A stretch of DNA of 63,102 nt, the filler included, from Octopus bimaculoides (Eukaryota): the NCBI RefSeq assembly GCF_001194135.2. It is 4 parts of 3 records of this genome, joined end to end, with 100 filler letters (N's around TTAATTAATTAA, not from the genome) between each part and the next. Parts side by side here need not be neighbours in the genome. Positions count along the whole stretch, not along the records: positions 29,500 to 51,912 come from NC_069009.1; 3 more parts are not named here. One strand, 5' to 3'. Positions 37,507-49,499 of this stretch are shown piece after piece. How positions within the stretch are numbered: the first letter of the stretch is position 1; the number at the start of each line of letters is the position of its first letter. The translations under genes and the position numbers were made by a program. The notes under the pieces were generated by a model. That model saw only the letters and a list, made by a program, of their open reading frames with translations. It searched no databases and was not told the DNA's origin.

Positions 37507-38407
37507 AACAACAAACAAGAGGAAAAGAAATATCCGTCAAATGTAAATAATGTAAATACTGTGCATAATTCCTCTTCTCTTAAATCTAGAACTGTACAAA
37601 AATATTGACTGTTTTGGAAACCATTTTTGTTTTTTTTTGCATTTCCTATGTATATCATTCATTGATATTTCATACACATTCGCATTTGAAAATACAGTTT
37701 CAAAAAAACTAAAATGGTTATTATTGTAATTGAATAGAAAAAGATAAATATGTTTTTTTTCAGCGATCCCTATTTGGGACTTTTCAAAAAATTTATCGTA
37801 ATTTCCAAAATAATTCACATATGAAGAAAATTGAAAGACTATATATTATTTGAACTCCTAAGACACCTGGCAAAGCCAAATAAATATGAATAAAAAAATT
37901 TGGCAGTTAATGAGTTAACACTGACGAATGTTCAAAATGTTTGATAACAGAAACAACCAATCAGAAAACACCTTTCACCACAGCAGATTTCCGCCCCAAC
38001 ATCCGAAACTCAGAGTTTTATTATGGCAACCGAATAATTGTCACATATTATTTTACAGATAAATTCTTATATCTACATAATATCGGGGTCTTTTTTCACG
38101 TCTATTTTGTTGTCATACTATTACTATTAATATATATATATGCAGGGTACAGTGAATATATTGTCTAAATTATGCAAAAATGAAAGTAACACTGACATGT
38201 CATTTTAACAGATAGTTTTACTTCAACATTTAAATTGACCTGTTCAGTGAACAGGTCACGGTTTCAAAGTGACAAAAATATCTTGACAAATTAAATTTAA
38301 ATGTTGAAGTGAAACTAACGGTTTGTGTGTGTTCTTAAATGGCTTACAAACATCTTCCTCAGTCAAATCGTCCAACCCATGCTAGCATGGAAGGCGGATG
38401 TTAAACG

Positions 38408-38439
<32 letters not shown>

Positions 38440-38762
38440 GATGATGATGATATATATATGCATACAACGGAACCAATTATTATTATTAGGTGTATTATAT
38501 TATTCTTATTAGATAAAATATAAACAGAGGTGGTGGTGGCATTGATGTATATATATATATGTGTGTGTGTGTGTCTTCGTGTCTGTGTATGTCCCCCATC
38601 GCTGCTTGACAACTGGTGTTGATGTGTTTACATCTCCGTTACTTAGCATTTCAGCAAAAGAGACTGATAGAATAAGTAACAGGCTTTTGAAAATTAAGTG
38701 CTGAGGTTGATACATTCGACTAAAATTTCTTCAATTCAGTGCTCCAGCTTGACCAGAAATAA

Positions 38763-39155
38763 TATTGTTGTTGTTGGCACTCCGTCGCTTATGGTGTCGA
38801 GGGTTCCAGTTGATCCGATCAACGGAACAGCCTGCTCGTGAAATTAACGTGCAAGTGGCTGAGCACTCCACAGACACGTGTACCCTTAACGTAGTTCTCG
38901 GGGATATTCAGTGTGACACAGAGTGTGACAAGGCTGACCCTTTGAATTACAGGCACAACAGAAACAGGAAGTAAGAGTGAGAGAAAGTTGTTGTGAAAGA
39001 GTACAACAGGGTTTGCCACCATCCCCTGCCGGAGCCTTGTGGAGCTTTAGGTGTTTTCGCTCAATAAACACTCACAACGCCCAGTCTGGGTATCGAAACT
39101 GCAATCCTATGACCGCGAATCCGCTGCCCTAACCACTGGGCCATTGCGCCTCCAC
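38763..39155 (-). mobile_element. Further tRNA-headed SINE
   Basis: Minus strand ggaggcgcaatggcccagtggttagggcagcggattcgcggtcataggattgcagtttcgatacccag is tRNA-like; about 320 nt of body ending in (caa)n. Confidence 0.8.
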
Positions 39156-39158
39156 ACA

Positions 39159-39205
<47 letters not shown>

Positions 39206-39679
39206 TAGATACACATATACCTGTGTATGAATGTGTGTGTGTGTGTGTGTGTCTATGTGTTAATCTCTCAGCAGTGTAGGGCATGTCCTTGTGACTTTGC
39301 AGCTCAACAAAAGGACACTGATAGAATAAGTACCAGAGAGGAAAGATATAAACACTTAAGTCTATTGACCCGACTAAATTGGAGCATTCAAGGTGGTGCT
39401 CCAGTATGACCGCACTTGCCATAACTAAAACACTTAATAGAATAAGAGAATAAATAAAAAATGTATCCTTCCATTTTTAAAGAAAATAGAGTGTAATATG
39501 GGGCGGATTTAGCTGGAGTTTCTAGCATTTTGCATGACCACATAAAGGCCTATGTCGTAGATTTTTATGTAGAAAAGGTGAAAGGAGGCCAACCCTTGAG
39601 TCTGCTTCTTCGTGCTAGAAATAACAGCCAAACCTCACTGAAATTTAGTTGAACATCTTAAATGTTGATGAATAGACAG

Positions 39680-40642
39680 GCAGAAGTTGTGATGGTGGTG
39701 GTGGTGGTGGTGGTGGCATTGCTGGGAGTGATGATGGTAGTGGTGGTGCGGGTGGTTGTGGTAGCATTGGTGAAGAAGGGTAGGGTGGGTTAGTTGTGGT
39801 GGTGGTGTTGGTTATGGTGATTGTGTTGATGTTGGAGGTGGTGGTGGCGGCATTGATGAAGATGGGTTGGTTGTGGTGGTGGTGATGGTGGTGGTGGTGA
39901 TGGCGGTAGTGGTGATGGTGGTAGTGGTGATGGTGGTAGTGGTGATGGTGGTAGTGGTGGTGGAGGCCATGGTGATGGTGGTAGTGGTGATGGTGGTAGT
40001 GGTGGTGGAGGCCATGGTGATGNNNNNNNNNNNNNNNNNNNNNNNNNNNNNNNNNNNNNNNNNNNNNNNNNNNNNNNNNNNNNNNNNNNNNNNNNNNNNN
40101 NNNNNNNNNNNNNNNNNNNNNNNNNNNNNNNNNNNNNNNNNNNNNNNNNNNNNNNNNNNNNNNNNNNNNNNNNNNNNNNNNNNNNNNNNNNNNNNNNNNN
40201 NNNNNNNNNNNNNNNNNNNNNNNNNNNNNNNNNNNNNNNNNNNNNNNNNNNNNNNNNNNNNNNNNNNNNNNNNNNNNNNNNNNNNNNNNNNNNNNNNNNN
40301 NNNNNNNNNNNNNNNNNNNNNNNNNNNNNNNNNNNNNNNNNNNNNNNNNNNNNNNNNNNNNNNNNNNNNNNNNNNNNNNNNNNNNNNNNNNNNNNNNNNN
40401 NNNNNNNNNNNNNNNNNNNNNNNNNNNNNNNNNNNNNNNNNNNNNNNNNNNNNNNNNNNNNNNNNNNNNNNNNNNNNNNNNNNNNNNNNNNNNNNNNNNN
40501 NNNNNNNNNNNNNNNNNNNNNNNGAAAATCTGTCTTTTCTGTTGCCATGGTGACTGGAGAGCCCCTGACTGTTTGCATGACAACACACACCTGCCTCCCC
40601 CCGCCCCACTCCTCGAAAGGCGGAGGAAGAGGGGAAGGAGGG

Positions 40643-40675
<33 letters not shown>

Positions 40676-41750
40676 AGGAGGGAGAGTGAAAGTGAAACTA
40701 TGGAGCAGGTGGTTGGGTGTGGGTGTGTGTGTGTGTGGGGGGGAAGAGGTGTACTTTTGACTGTGTTGTTTTTGTTGGTCATGTTGCTGCTACTACCACT
40801 GCAACTACTACCTCCACCACCACTACTACAACAGCAACCACAACCACCACCGTTACTACTACTACCATCACCGCCACTACCACCACCACCAAGGCTACTA
40901 CTCCAACAACAGCAACCACAACCACCACCACCACCACCACCACCGCTACTACTACTACAACCACTACTATTACAACAGCAACTACAACCACCACCATTAC
41001 TACTACTACTACTACTACTACAGCAGTCACAACCACCACCATTACTACTACTACTACTACTACTACCNNNNNNNNNNNNNNNNNNNNNNNNNNNNNNNNN
41101 NNNNNNNNNNNNNNNNNNNNNNNNNNNNNNNNNNNNNNNNNNNNNNNNNNNNNNNNNNNNNNNNNNNNNNNNNNNNNNNNNNNNNNNNNNNNNNNNNNNN
41201 NNNNNNNNNNNNNNNNNNNNNNNNNNNNNNNNNNNNNNNNNNNNNNNNNNNNNNNNNNNNNNNNNNNNNNNNNNNNNNNNNNNNNNNNNNNNNNNNNNNN
41301 NNNNNNNNNNNNNNNNNNNNNNNNNNNNNNNNNNNNNNNNNNNNNNNNNNNNNNNNNNNNNNNNNNNNNNNNNNNNNNNNNNNNNNNNNNNNNNNNNNNN
41401 NNNNNNNNNNNNNNNNNNNNNNNNNNNNNNNNNNNNNNNNNNNNNNNNNNNNNNNNNNNNNNNNNNNNNNNNNNNNNNNNNNNNNNNNNNNNNNNNNNNN
41501 NNNNNNNNNNNNNNNNNNNNNNNNNNNNNNNNNNNNNNNNNNNNNNNNNNNNNNNNNNNNNNNNNNNNNNNNNNNNNNNNNNNNNNNNNNNNNNNNNNNC
41601 TGCTACTACTACTACTACTACCACCACCACCAGTCAATACTACTAGTGGTGCTAGTGGTAGTGATGCTAGCGGTAGAAGTGCTAGTGCTAGTGGTGTTAG
41701 AGGTAGAGGTGTTAGTGGTAGTGGTGCTTGTGGTACTACAGTGATAGGCT
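39680..41750. repeat. (GGT)n and (ACC/ACT)n simple repeats flanking two gaps
   Basis: Seen directly; source of the poly-V, poly-T and poly-H ORFs. Confidence 0.95.
40541..40607. promoter_or_regulatory. Two RFX X-box-like motifs and a GC box
   Basis: gttgccatggtgac 40541-40554, gtttgcatgacaac 40571-40584, ccccgcccc near 40599-40607. Motif match only. Confidence 0.35.
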
Positions 41751-42062
41751 AAGCAAAATGGCAATAATTGTGTGTTTTGTGTATGTGTATGAAATGTGTG
41801 CCTGAATTGTATGCGTATAGGCATTGTGAAATGTGTGTGTGTGAGTCTGAAGTGAGTGTGTGTGTGTGTGTGTGTATGAGTGTTTGTGCCTTTGATGTGT
41901 GTACATACATGTGTGTGTGTGAGAGTATGTGTGTGTAGAAGTCTAGTGCCATTTTGCTGTTGTTTAACACTTGGTCAGGCTAAAACCAGCAGACTTACGA
42001 TCAGAGCTGTTCCAGCCATGACCACACTGTCTATTCTTCCATGGATACCAAACTCAGGCTGA

Positions 42063-42545
42063 CATAAGACAGAAGAGTGTGATATGAGAGCAATTTGGCT
42101 GCTATTTCTAACAGCTCTTGCTACCATGTAGGGGTGTCTCTCATTGGCTCAGATATACATACATATACACATCAGCATCAAGGTGTGATTTGAGGGAAAT
42201 TTGGCTGCTATTTCTACAAGGTCTAGCTACCATGTAGAGGTCTCCCACATTGGCTCATACATACATACATACATACATACATACATAAGACTGTAGGCAG
42301 TGATTTGAGAGAGATTTGGCTGCTATTTCTACAAGGTCTAGCTACCATATAGTGATCTCCCTCATTGGCTCATACATACATATATACACATAAGACAGTA
42401 GGGTGTGATTTGAGGAAGACTGAGCTACAATTTCTACATGGTCTAACTACCATGCAGAGGTCTCCCTCATTGGCTCATACATAAGACAGTAGTCAGTGAT
42501 TTGAGAGAGATTTGGTTGCTATTTCTACCAGGTCTAGCTACTATA
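42063..42545 (+). repeat. Tandem array of about 93-116-bp units (4 full plus one partial)
   Basis: Unit: taagacagtagg-gtgtgatttgag...atttggctgctatttctacaaggtctagctaccatgtagaggtctccctcattggctc-(atac)n. Confidence 0.9.
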
Positions 42546-42549
42546 TACA

Positions 42550-42638
42550 ATTGGCATTTATATGGTGTGTATGTGTGTGTATTTATGTGTTTGAGTGTAA
42601 CATTTGTGCATACAGTGTTGTCTATATGCTATTTGGGC

Positions 42639-42705
<67 letters not shown>

Positions 42706-43639
42706 AATATATATATATATATATATATACATACACACACACACATGTACATTTACATATATATATATCTGTATACACACACACACACATATATATGAAT
42801 GTATGTAATGTACAGGTGTATACATATGTATATATATATATATATATATAGTGTGTGAGTNNNNNNNNNNNNNNNNNNNNNNNNNNNNNNNNNNNNNNNN
42901 NNNNNNNNNNNNNNNNNNNNNNNNNNNNNNNNNNNNNNNNNNNNNNNNNNNNNNNNNNNNNNNNNNNNNNNNNNNNNNNNNNNNNNNNNNNNNNNNNNNN
43001 NNNNNNNNNNNNNNNNNNNNNNNNNNNNNNNNNNNNNNNNNNNNNNNNNNNNNNNNNNNNNNNNNNNNNNNNNNNNNNNNNNNNNNNNNNNNNNNNNNNN
43101 NNNNNNNNNNNNNNNNNNNNNNNNNNNNNNNNNNNNNNNNNNNNNNNNNNNNNNNNNNNNNNNNNNNNNNNNNNNNNNNNNNNNNNNNNNNNNNNNNNNN
43201 NNNNNNNNNNNNNNNNNNNNNNNNNNNNNNNNNNNNNNNNNNNNNNNNNNNNNNNNNNNNNNNNNNNNNNNNNNNNNNNNNNNNNNNNNNNNNNNNNNNN
43301 NNNNNNNNNNNNNNNNNNNNNNNNNNNNNNNNNNNNNNNNNNNNNNNNNNNNNNNNNNNNNNNNNNNNNNNNNNNNNNNNNNNNNNNNNNNNNNNNNATA
43401 TATATATATATATATATATAAATCTATGCAATGTACTTGTGTATACATACATATACATATATGTTTGCGTGTGTATATATTTATTTACACACATATAGTG
43501 TGTGTATAAAATTTAAACTTAATGTATGTTTGTGTGGTGTGTATATAACAGATATTATATGCGAGAATTGAGTACATCAGCCTATATAATATTAATATAT
43601 AGCATAGAATGAATATACTTATATGTTTAAAGTATATAC

Positions 43640-43676
<37 letters not shown>

Positions 43677-45424
43677 CATATATACACACAGATATGTGTA
43701 GAATAGAGACATACATATATATAGTTTACTATAATGTAGTATATATGTGTGTCTCATAATTATGCATCTGCAGTATATGTATGTATAATGTAGGTGTATA
43801 TACATATTGAAAATATATAATACATATATATGTATATACACATACACATTGAATATATATAATACATGTAATATATACATACATATGCATACATTGAATA
43901 TATATAATACACACATACACATATATATAGTACAGTATATGTGTGTGCATATATATACATATATACAGTATGTGTGTGTGTGTGTGTGTGTNNNNNNNNN
44001 NNNNNNNNNNNNNNNNNNNNNNNNNNNNNNNNNNNNNNNNNNNNNNNTATATATATATATATTTATTGTATATACTGTGTGTATGTATATTGTATGTGTA
44101 ATGCAATGTGTGTGTGTGTGTGTGTGCTTGTATGTATGTGTGCATGTATCTGTGTGCGCACCTATGTGTGTGTGTATTTGTTAGTGTGTATATATCTGCG
44201 TATACTGTATACATGCAAGGTGTATGCAAGTGTATAAAGTATTATAATGCGTATATATGTGTATGTGTGTGTGTTAGCAATTAGTAAATGCTACCTGCTG
44301 TGTGTCTGTGTAACGAGAGTGTGTGCAGGTAGAGCAAGGGCTACCCACAGGCTAATGTACTTACCTGACTTTGAATATTGATCTGTTGATGGTGGTGGTG
44401 GTGGTGTACAATATTCAGGCAGAAATATAGTTATATATGTGTACATGTGTGTGTGTATGTGCATGTGTGTGTGTGTGTGTGTGTATGTGTGTTAGCAGAG
44501 AGAGAGAGGTAGAGCTACAGAAATAGGTGTATGCGTTTATGCTTGTGTATATGTATGTGTGTGTATACACACACTCACACACATGCGCATATATATATAT
44601 ATATATATACATACACACATATATAAGGATATATACATATCTATCCATATATGTGTGTGTGTGTGTGTGTGTACACATACACACACATATATGTACACAT
44701 ACACATAAACACAATTATACAAACATACACACATATATGTATATATATATATATATANNNNNNNNNNNNNNNNNNNNNNNNNNNNNNNNNNNNNNNNNNN
44801 NNNNNNNNNNNNNNNNNNNNNNNNNNNNNNNNNNNNNNNNNNNNNNNNNNNNNNNNNNNNNNNNNNNNNNNNNNNNNNNNNNNNNNNNNNNNNNNNNNNN
44901 NNNNNNNNNNNNNNNNNNNNNNNNNNNNNNNNNNNNNNNNNNNNNNNNNNNNNNNNNNNNNNNNNNNNNNNNNNNNNNNNNNNNNNNNNNNNNNNNNNNN
45001 NNNNNNNNNNNNNNNNNNNNNNNNNNNNNNNNNNNNNNNNNNNNNNNNNNNNNNNNNNNNNNNNNNNNNNNNNNNNNNNNNNNNNNNNNNNNNNNNNNNN
45101 NNNNNNNNNNNNNNNNNNNNNNNNNNNNNNNNNNNNNNNNNNNNNNNNNNNNNNNNNNNNNNNNNNNNNNNNNNNNNNNNNNNNNNNNNNNNNNNNNNNN
45201 NNNNNNNNNNNNNNNNNNNNNNNNNNNNNNNNNNNNNNNNNNNNNNNNNNNNNNNNNNNNNNNNNNNNNNNNNNNNNNNNNNNNNNNNNNNNNNNNNNNN
45301 NNNNNNNNNNNNNNNNNNNNNNNNNNNNNNNNNNNNNNNNNNNNNNNNNNNNNNNNNNNNNNNNNNNNNATATACACATATATTTGTATGTTTAGATACA
45401 TATATGAAAATATAATATAAATAT

Positions 45425-45475
<51 letters not shown>

Positions 45476-45491
45476 ACAGATAGATAGGAAA

Positions 45492-45531
<40 letters not shown>

Positions 45532-45720
45532 AATAGATACACACACACACACATATTGCTAGATAGGAAAACGAATACCTAGATAGATAAATGGATATAT
45601 ATATGTGTGTGTGTGCGATATATATTTATGTATTGATAGATGAATAAATAGATAGGAAAATGGATAAATAGATGTATATCTATATGTGTATATATATATA
45701 TTGATAGATACTCATTATAT
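42550..45720. repeat. (TA)n/(CA)n/(TG)n microsatellite field with gaps; similar fields at 32770-33420, 34230-34520 and 51215-51912
   Basis: Seen directly; source of the IY and TH ORFs. Confidence 0.95.
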
Positions 45721-46033
45721 GAAAGCTGAACAGCCTCTAGCTGTTCAAGACTGTACACATGATGAAGCCGAAGGCAAAACTCAAAAGTACAAGGTCAACA
45801 GTCCATGAAATAAACACAACGATCTACTCTACCCACAGAACTGAGTTCTATATCAGATAATATGTGCGTGTGTGTGTGTGAGAGTTGGCTGTGTGGTAAG
45901 AAGCTTGCTTCCCAACCACGTGGTTCTGGGTTCAGTCTCAATGTGTGGCATCTTGTGTAAGAGTCTTCTACTATAGCCTTGAGCCAATCAAAACCTTGTG
46001 AGTGGATCTAATAAACAGAAACTGAAAGAAGCC

Positions 46034-46073
<40 letters not shown>

Positions 46074-46075
<2 letters not shown>

Positions 46076-46252
46076 TAGTTTTAGGGAAAATAACCAAGTT
46101 TCAAGAACTCATTGATGAAAATCCACTATCACATATAGAAAAATTAATATTTAAAAGCACAATAAATGAGTATAATATAAAACAAAGTAAATAGTGATAG
46201 TGGATTTTCATCGATGAGTTCTTGAAACTTGGTTATTTTCCCTAAAACTATA
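46074..46252. repeat. Foldback element: 59-bp inverted arms (one mismatch) around a 61-nt spacer, inside a (TA)n tract
   Basis: 46074-46132 and 46194-46252 are reverse complements except cattgatg versus catcgatg. Confidence 0.9.
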
Positions 46253-46356
46253 CATTTTATATATATTTTATCTATAAAGCTCAATTTAATTTTAATTTTT
46301 TATAAATTGATTTCAATTGAGTTTTTACCTGTAATTTTGGATTTTGTCCCTAATAT

Positions 46357-46392
<36 letters not shown>

Positions 46393-46801
46393 AATCACCA
46401 TCATTTAACATCTTTTTTCCATGCCAGCATGAGTTGGATGGCTTGACTAGAGCTGGTAAGGCTGTAGGTCAAACCAGGTCCCTTTATCTGTTCTACCTTG
46501 ATTTCTATGACTGGGTGACCTTCCTAAAGCCAACCACCCTACAGAGTGTACTGGGTGCTTTTTATGTGGCACCAGCACCAGTGCTTTTAGCATATATTAT
46601 TGTAAAGTGGTCTTTTGCTACTTTCGTATTTTTCTTTGTACAATGGTCGTTGCTCTGACAGATATTGTTATATTCCAAAGTCATCGATAGAATGTTTCTA
46701 TCTGGTACTGTATGACCCCCCCCCACCAGTCATACAGTGTTATCATCCCCTAAAGGTTGGATTGTTACAACACCCACGCAGTATCATAATATGAATACTA
46801 G

Positions 46802-47146
46802 ATCAGTGCCGAGACCCCCTTCGGTCATGACTGACCATGGGATTGCACCTAGAAGGTTACCCTCTGAGGCACAAGTCCAGGCAAGGTTGTTTACGGAAGA
46901 CCACCAGTCACCCATGCATACCGGCCTCCCCTCTCCACGCCACCAGTGTTATCCAAGACAAAGGCAAAGGTTGATACAGCTTGGCACCAGTGATGTCACA
47001 AATCATTTCTACAGCTGAGTGAATTGGAGCAACGTGAAATAAAGTGTCTTGCTCAAGAACACAACATGCAGCCTGGTCCGGGATTCAAACTCACAACCTC
47101 GCAATCGTAAGCTCAATGCTCTAACCACTTAACTATACACCTTCAC
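46802..47146 (-). mobile_element. tRNA-headed SINE with Nin/Deu-like central domain
   Basis: Minus strand gtatagttaagtggttagagcattgagc...gtttgaatccc head, then gtgttcttgagcaagacactt...ttgctccaattcactcagctgtagaaatga. Domain assignment is from memory. Confidence 0.7.
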
Positions 47147-47434
47147 AACGAGATCAGTACAGACATGAATAACAACATAGTCCATCATGCACTCTTGTAC
47201 TCTACGTACTCTCTCAATACTGTCCAATGTCACCTTACTTATAGTGACTGGGTCATTCCACTCGTCACTTGGGAGGGGTGTTGGCTGTGTGGTAAGTAGC
47301 TTGCTTACCAACCACATGGGTCCAGGTTCAGTCCCACTGCATGGAACCTTGAGCAAGTGTCTTCTACTATAGCCTCAGATCGACCAAAGCCTTGTGAGTG
47401 GATTTGGTAGCTGGAAACTGAGAGAGGCTCATTG

Positions 47435-47473
<39 letters not shown>

Positions 47474-48355
47474 CTGTGTGTGTGTCTGTGTGTGTGGTTG
47501 TGTGTCTGTGCTTGTCCCCCATCACCACCTGACAATTGATGCTGGTGTGTTTATGTCCCCTTGCTTACATCTCTGTAACTTAGCAGTTCGGCAAACAAAA
47601 CCGGTAGAATAATACTAGGCTTACAAAGAATAAGTCCTGGGGTTGATTTGCTCGACTAAAGGTGATGCTCCAGCATGGTCACAGACAAATGACTGAAACA
47701 CATAAAAGAATAGATATATATGTGTCCTGTTGTGTTTGTGTTTGTCCCCCACTTCTGCTTGAAAGCCAATACTGATGTGTTTACATTCCTACAACATTAG
47801 CAGTTTGGCAAACAAGACCAATAGAATAAGTACCAGTTTAAAAAAAAAACCCCAAAAATAACAACAATAAGTACTGGGGTCGACTCATTTGACTAAAATT
47901 CTTCAAGGCAGTGCCCCAGCATGGTCACAATCTAATGAAAGAAACAAGTAAAAGATAAAAGACACACACACACATGCATTATAAGTGAATGGCTCCATTT
48001 TCCAGAGTTACTCATTTCCGATCATCAGTTAATAAATTGAGCTTCCTTTTCTTTTGAAATATTCACCGTTTCAATATGCTTTTGAAATTTGAAATGGAAG
48101 TTTGAAAGAAACGCTTATCTTTATGCTCTATTGTTCAAAAACCTTTTGTGAACGACATGTAGCAAAAAAAAAAAATGGCTGCCACATGGTTATGCTTTTG
48201 ATTTTGTTTCTGGCTCTCGTGGTAATATTATTACAAACATCTTAAACACCTTATGAGTGAAGTCCTGTAAATGTCTTATGTTTGAATAATGTTTTACAGT
48301 TATACTTTTAATTACTGTTTTAAAAAACAATTTATGCCCATGTATTACTTTAAAG

Positions 48356-49097
48356 CTAGGGTTCTCAACCATTTTTTATCTACGGATCCCTTTGATTTCT
48401 ATTTTATTTTGCAGGATGTTTAAAAATTAATTTTATAGAAACTTCTTTCAAAATTCCTATTTTGTTTTCCCCACATTAACTTGTGTAGGTTGAACTATGT
48501 AAAATGTTAGAGAAATAAGCCTAGCTGTTTCTTGCAATACATACATTTAAAGCAAAATTTTTTCAGGGGCCCTTAAAATATTATTGTGGATCCCCAATTT
48601 GCTATTCTACTTGTATAGAGCCCCTTTTGATAACTATTTTATTCTGGTGTACCCCGAAAGCCATTCAATGAATTTTGTTCTTCACCCATTAACTCGTGTG
48701 GGTTGAACTAAGTAAATTGTTTGAGAAACCTGTTTTTTGCAATACATACATCTAAAACAGGGATACTTAACCATTTTTTATCTATGGACCCCTTTGATTA
48801 CTATTTTATTCTGGTAGACCCCCATAACCATTTGATGTTTAATAACTAGTTTTATAGAAACTTCTTTCAAAATTCCTATTTTGTTTTTCCCACATTAACT
48901 TGTGTAGGTTGAACCATTTAAAATTGTCAGTGAAAAAGCCTAGCTGTTTCTTGCAATACACACCAATACATACATCTAAAATTTTTAAGGGGCTCTAAGA
49001 TGCTATTGGATCCCCAATTTACTGTTTTGTCACATGGATCTCCTAAAATCTTATATGGACACTCAGGGGCCATGTGGTCCCTGGTTGAGAACCACTG
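48356..49097. mobile_element. hAT (Charlie-like) MITE with internal tandem duplication
   Basis: Termini ctagggttctcaacc and ggttgagaaccactg; 8-bp TSD ctttaaag (48348-48355) versus ctttcaag (49098-49105); internal block repeated at about 48370 and 48772. Confidence 0.85.
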
Positions 49098-49499
49098 CTT
49101 TCAAGTATTACATAAAAGCATTATTTAAACCACAAACAATTTCATGATTTTGAGTGTATGGAGCTTATAACATTTATAATAATACTAGTCTGAAGGCCGC
49201 ACTCCATGTGGATTTTTAAGATAATTCCTGCAGAGGGCTAATTGTGCTTGCAGCCCAAAACTAAAGCGAGCTAAATGGCATGACTATAATACATCTATAA
49301 TGACTATATGCTCTGGTGGTGTTTGATCAGAGGTTAAGGATGGATGAGAATTAATTCTGTAATGCAATCATTCTATCGTTCCAGTCCCAAGTTGAATTCC
49401 AACTGTTGGCCAATTTGTCCTAAAGTTCTTTTCTCGATGTAAAATTAACAAAGCGAATGTCATTTATCTCCCCCTTGATCCCTGATGTCATCTGACATA

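Larger units (their letters stand above)
37069..37594. mobile_element. Head-to-head pair of a tRNA-headed, hammerhead-bearing SINE-like element (family D)
   Basis: Minus copy 37069-37297 and plus copy 37298-37594; A box tggtgtagtgg 37303-37313, B box gagtttaattcc 37346-37357; direct repeat tacaaaaatatt at 37057-37068 and 37595-37606. Confidence 0.85.

Noticed and set aside
39080-39152. tRNA gene (also heads at 37298-37370, 47080-47146, 49876-49965)
   Set aside because: Acceptor stems are not closed and each continues into a repeated body; these are SINE heads.
42063-42545. CRISPR-like array (also 29598-29841)
   Set aside because: Eukaryotic context, no unique spacers, no cas genes.
44358-44367. 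Perfect minus-strand donor CAG/GTAAGTA
   Set aside because: No convincing acceptor, open frame or partner exons; one consensus match in 63 kb is expected by chance.
32728-45554. Many long ORFs ([12 protein letters not shown], poly-H/S/T/V, and those running through X)
   Set aside because: They are translations of microsatellites or N gaps, with no splice or codon evidence.
46210-46232. UCGAUGA-GUUCUU-GAAAC within the foldback arm
   Set aside because: Neither arm has CUGA and no helix II or I can be drawn.
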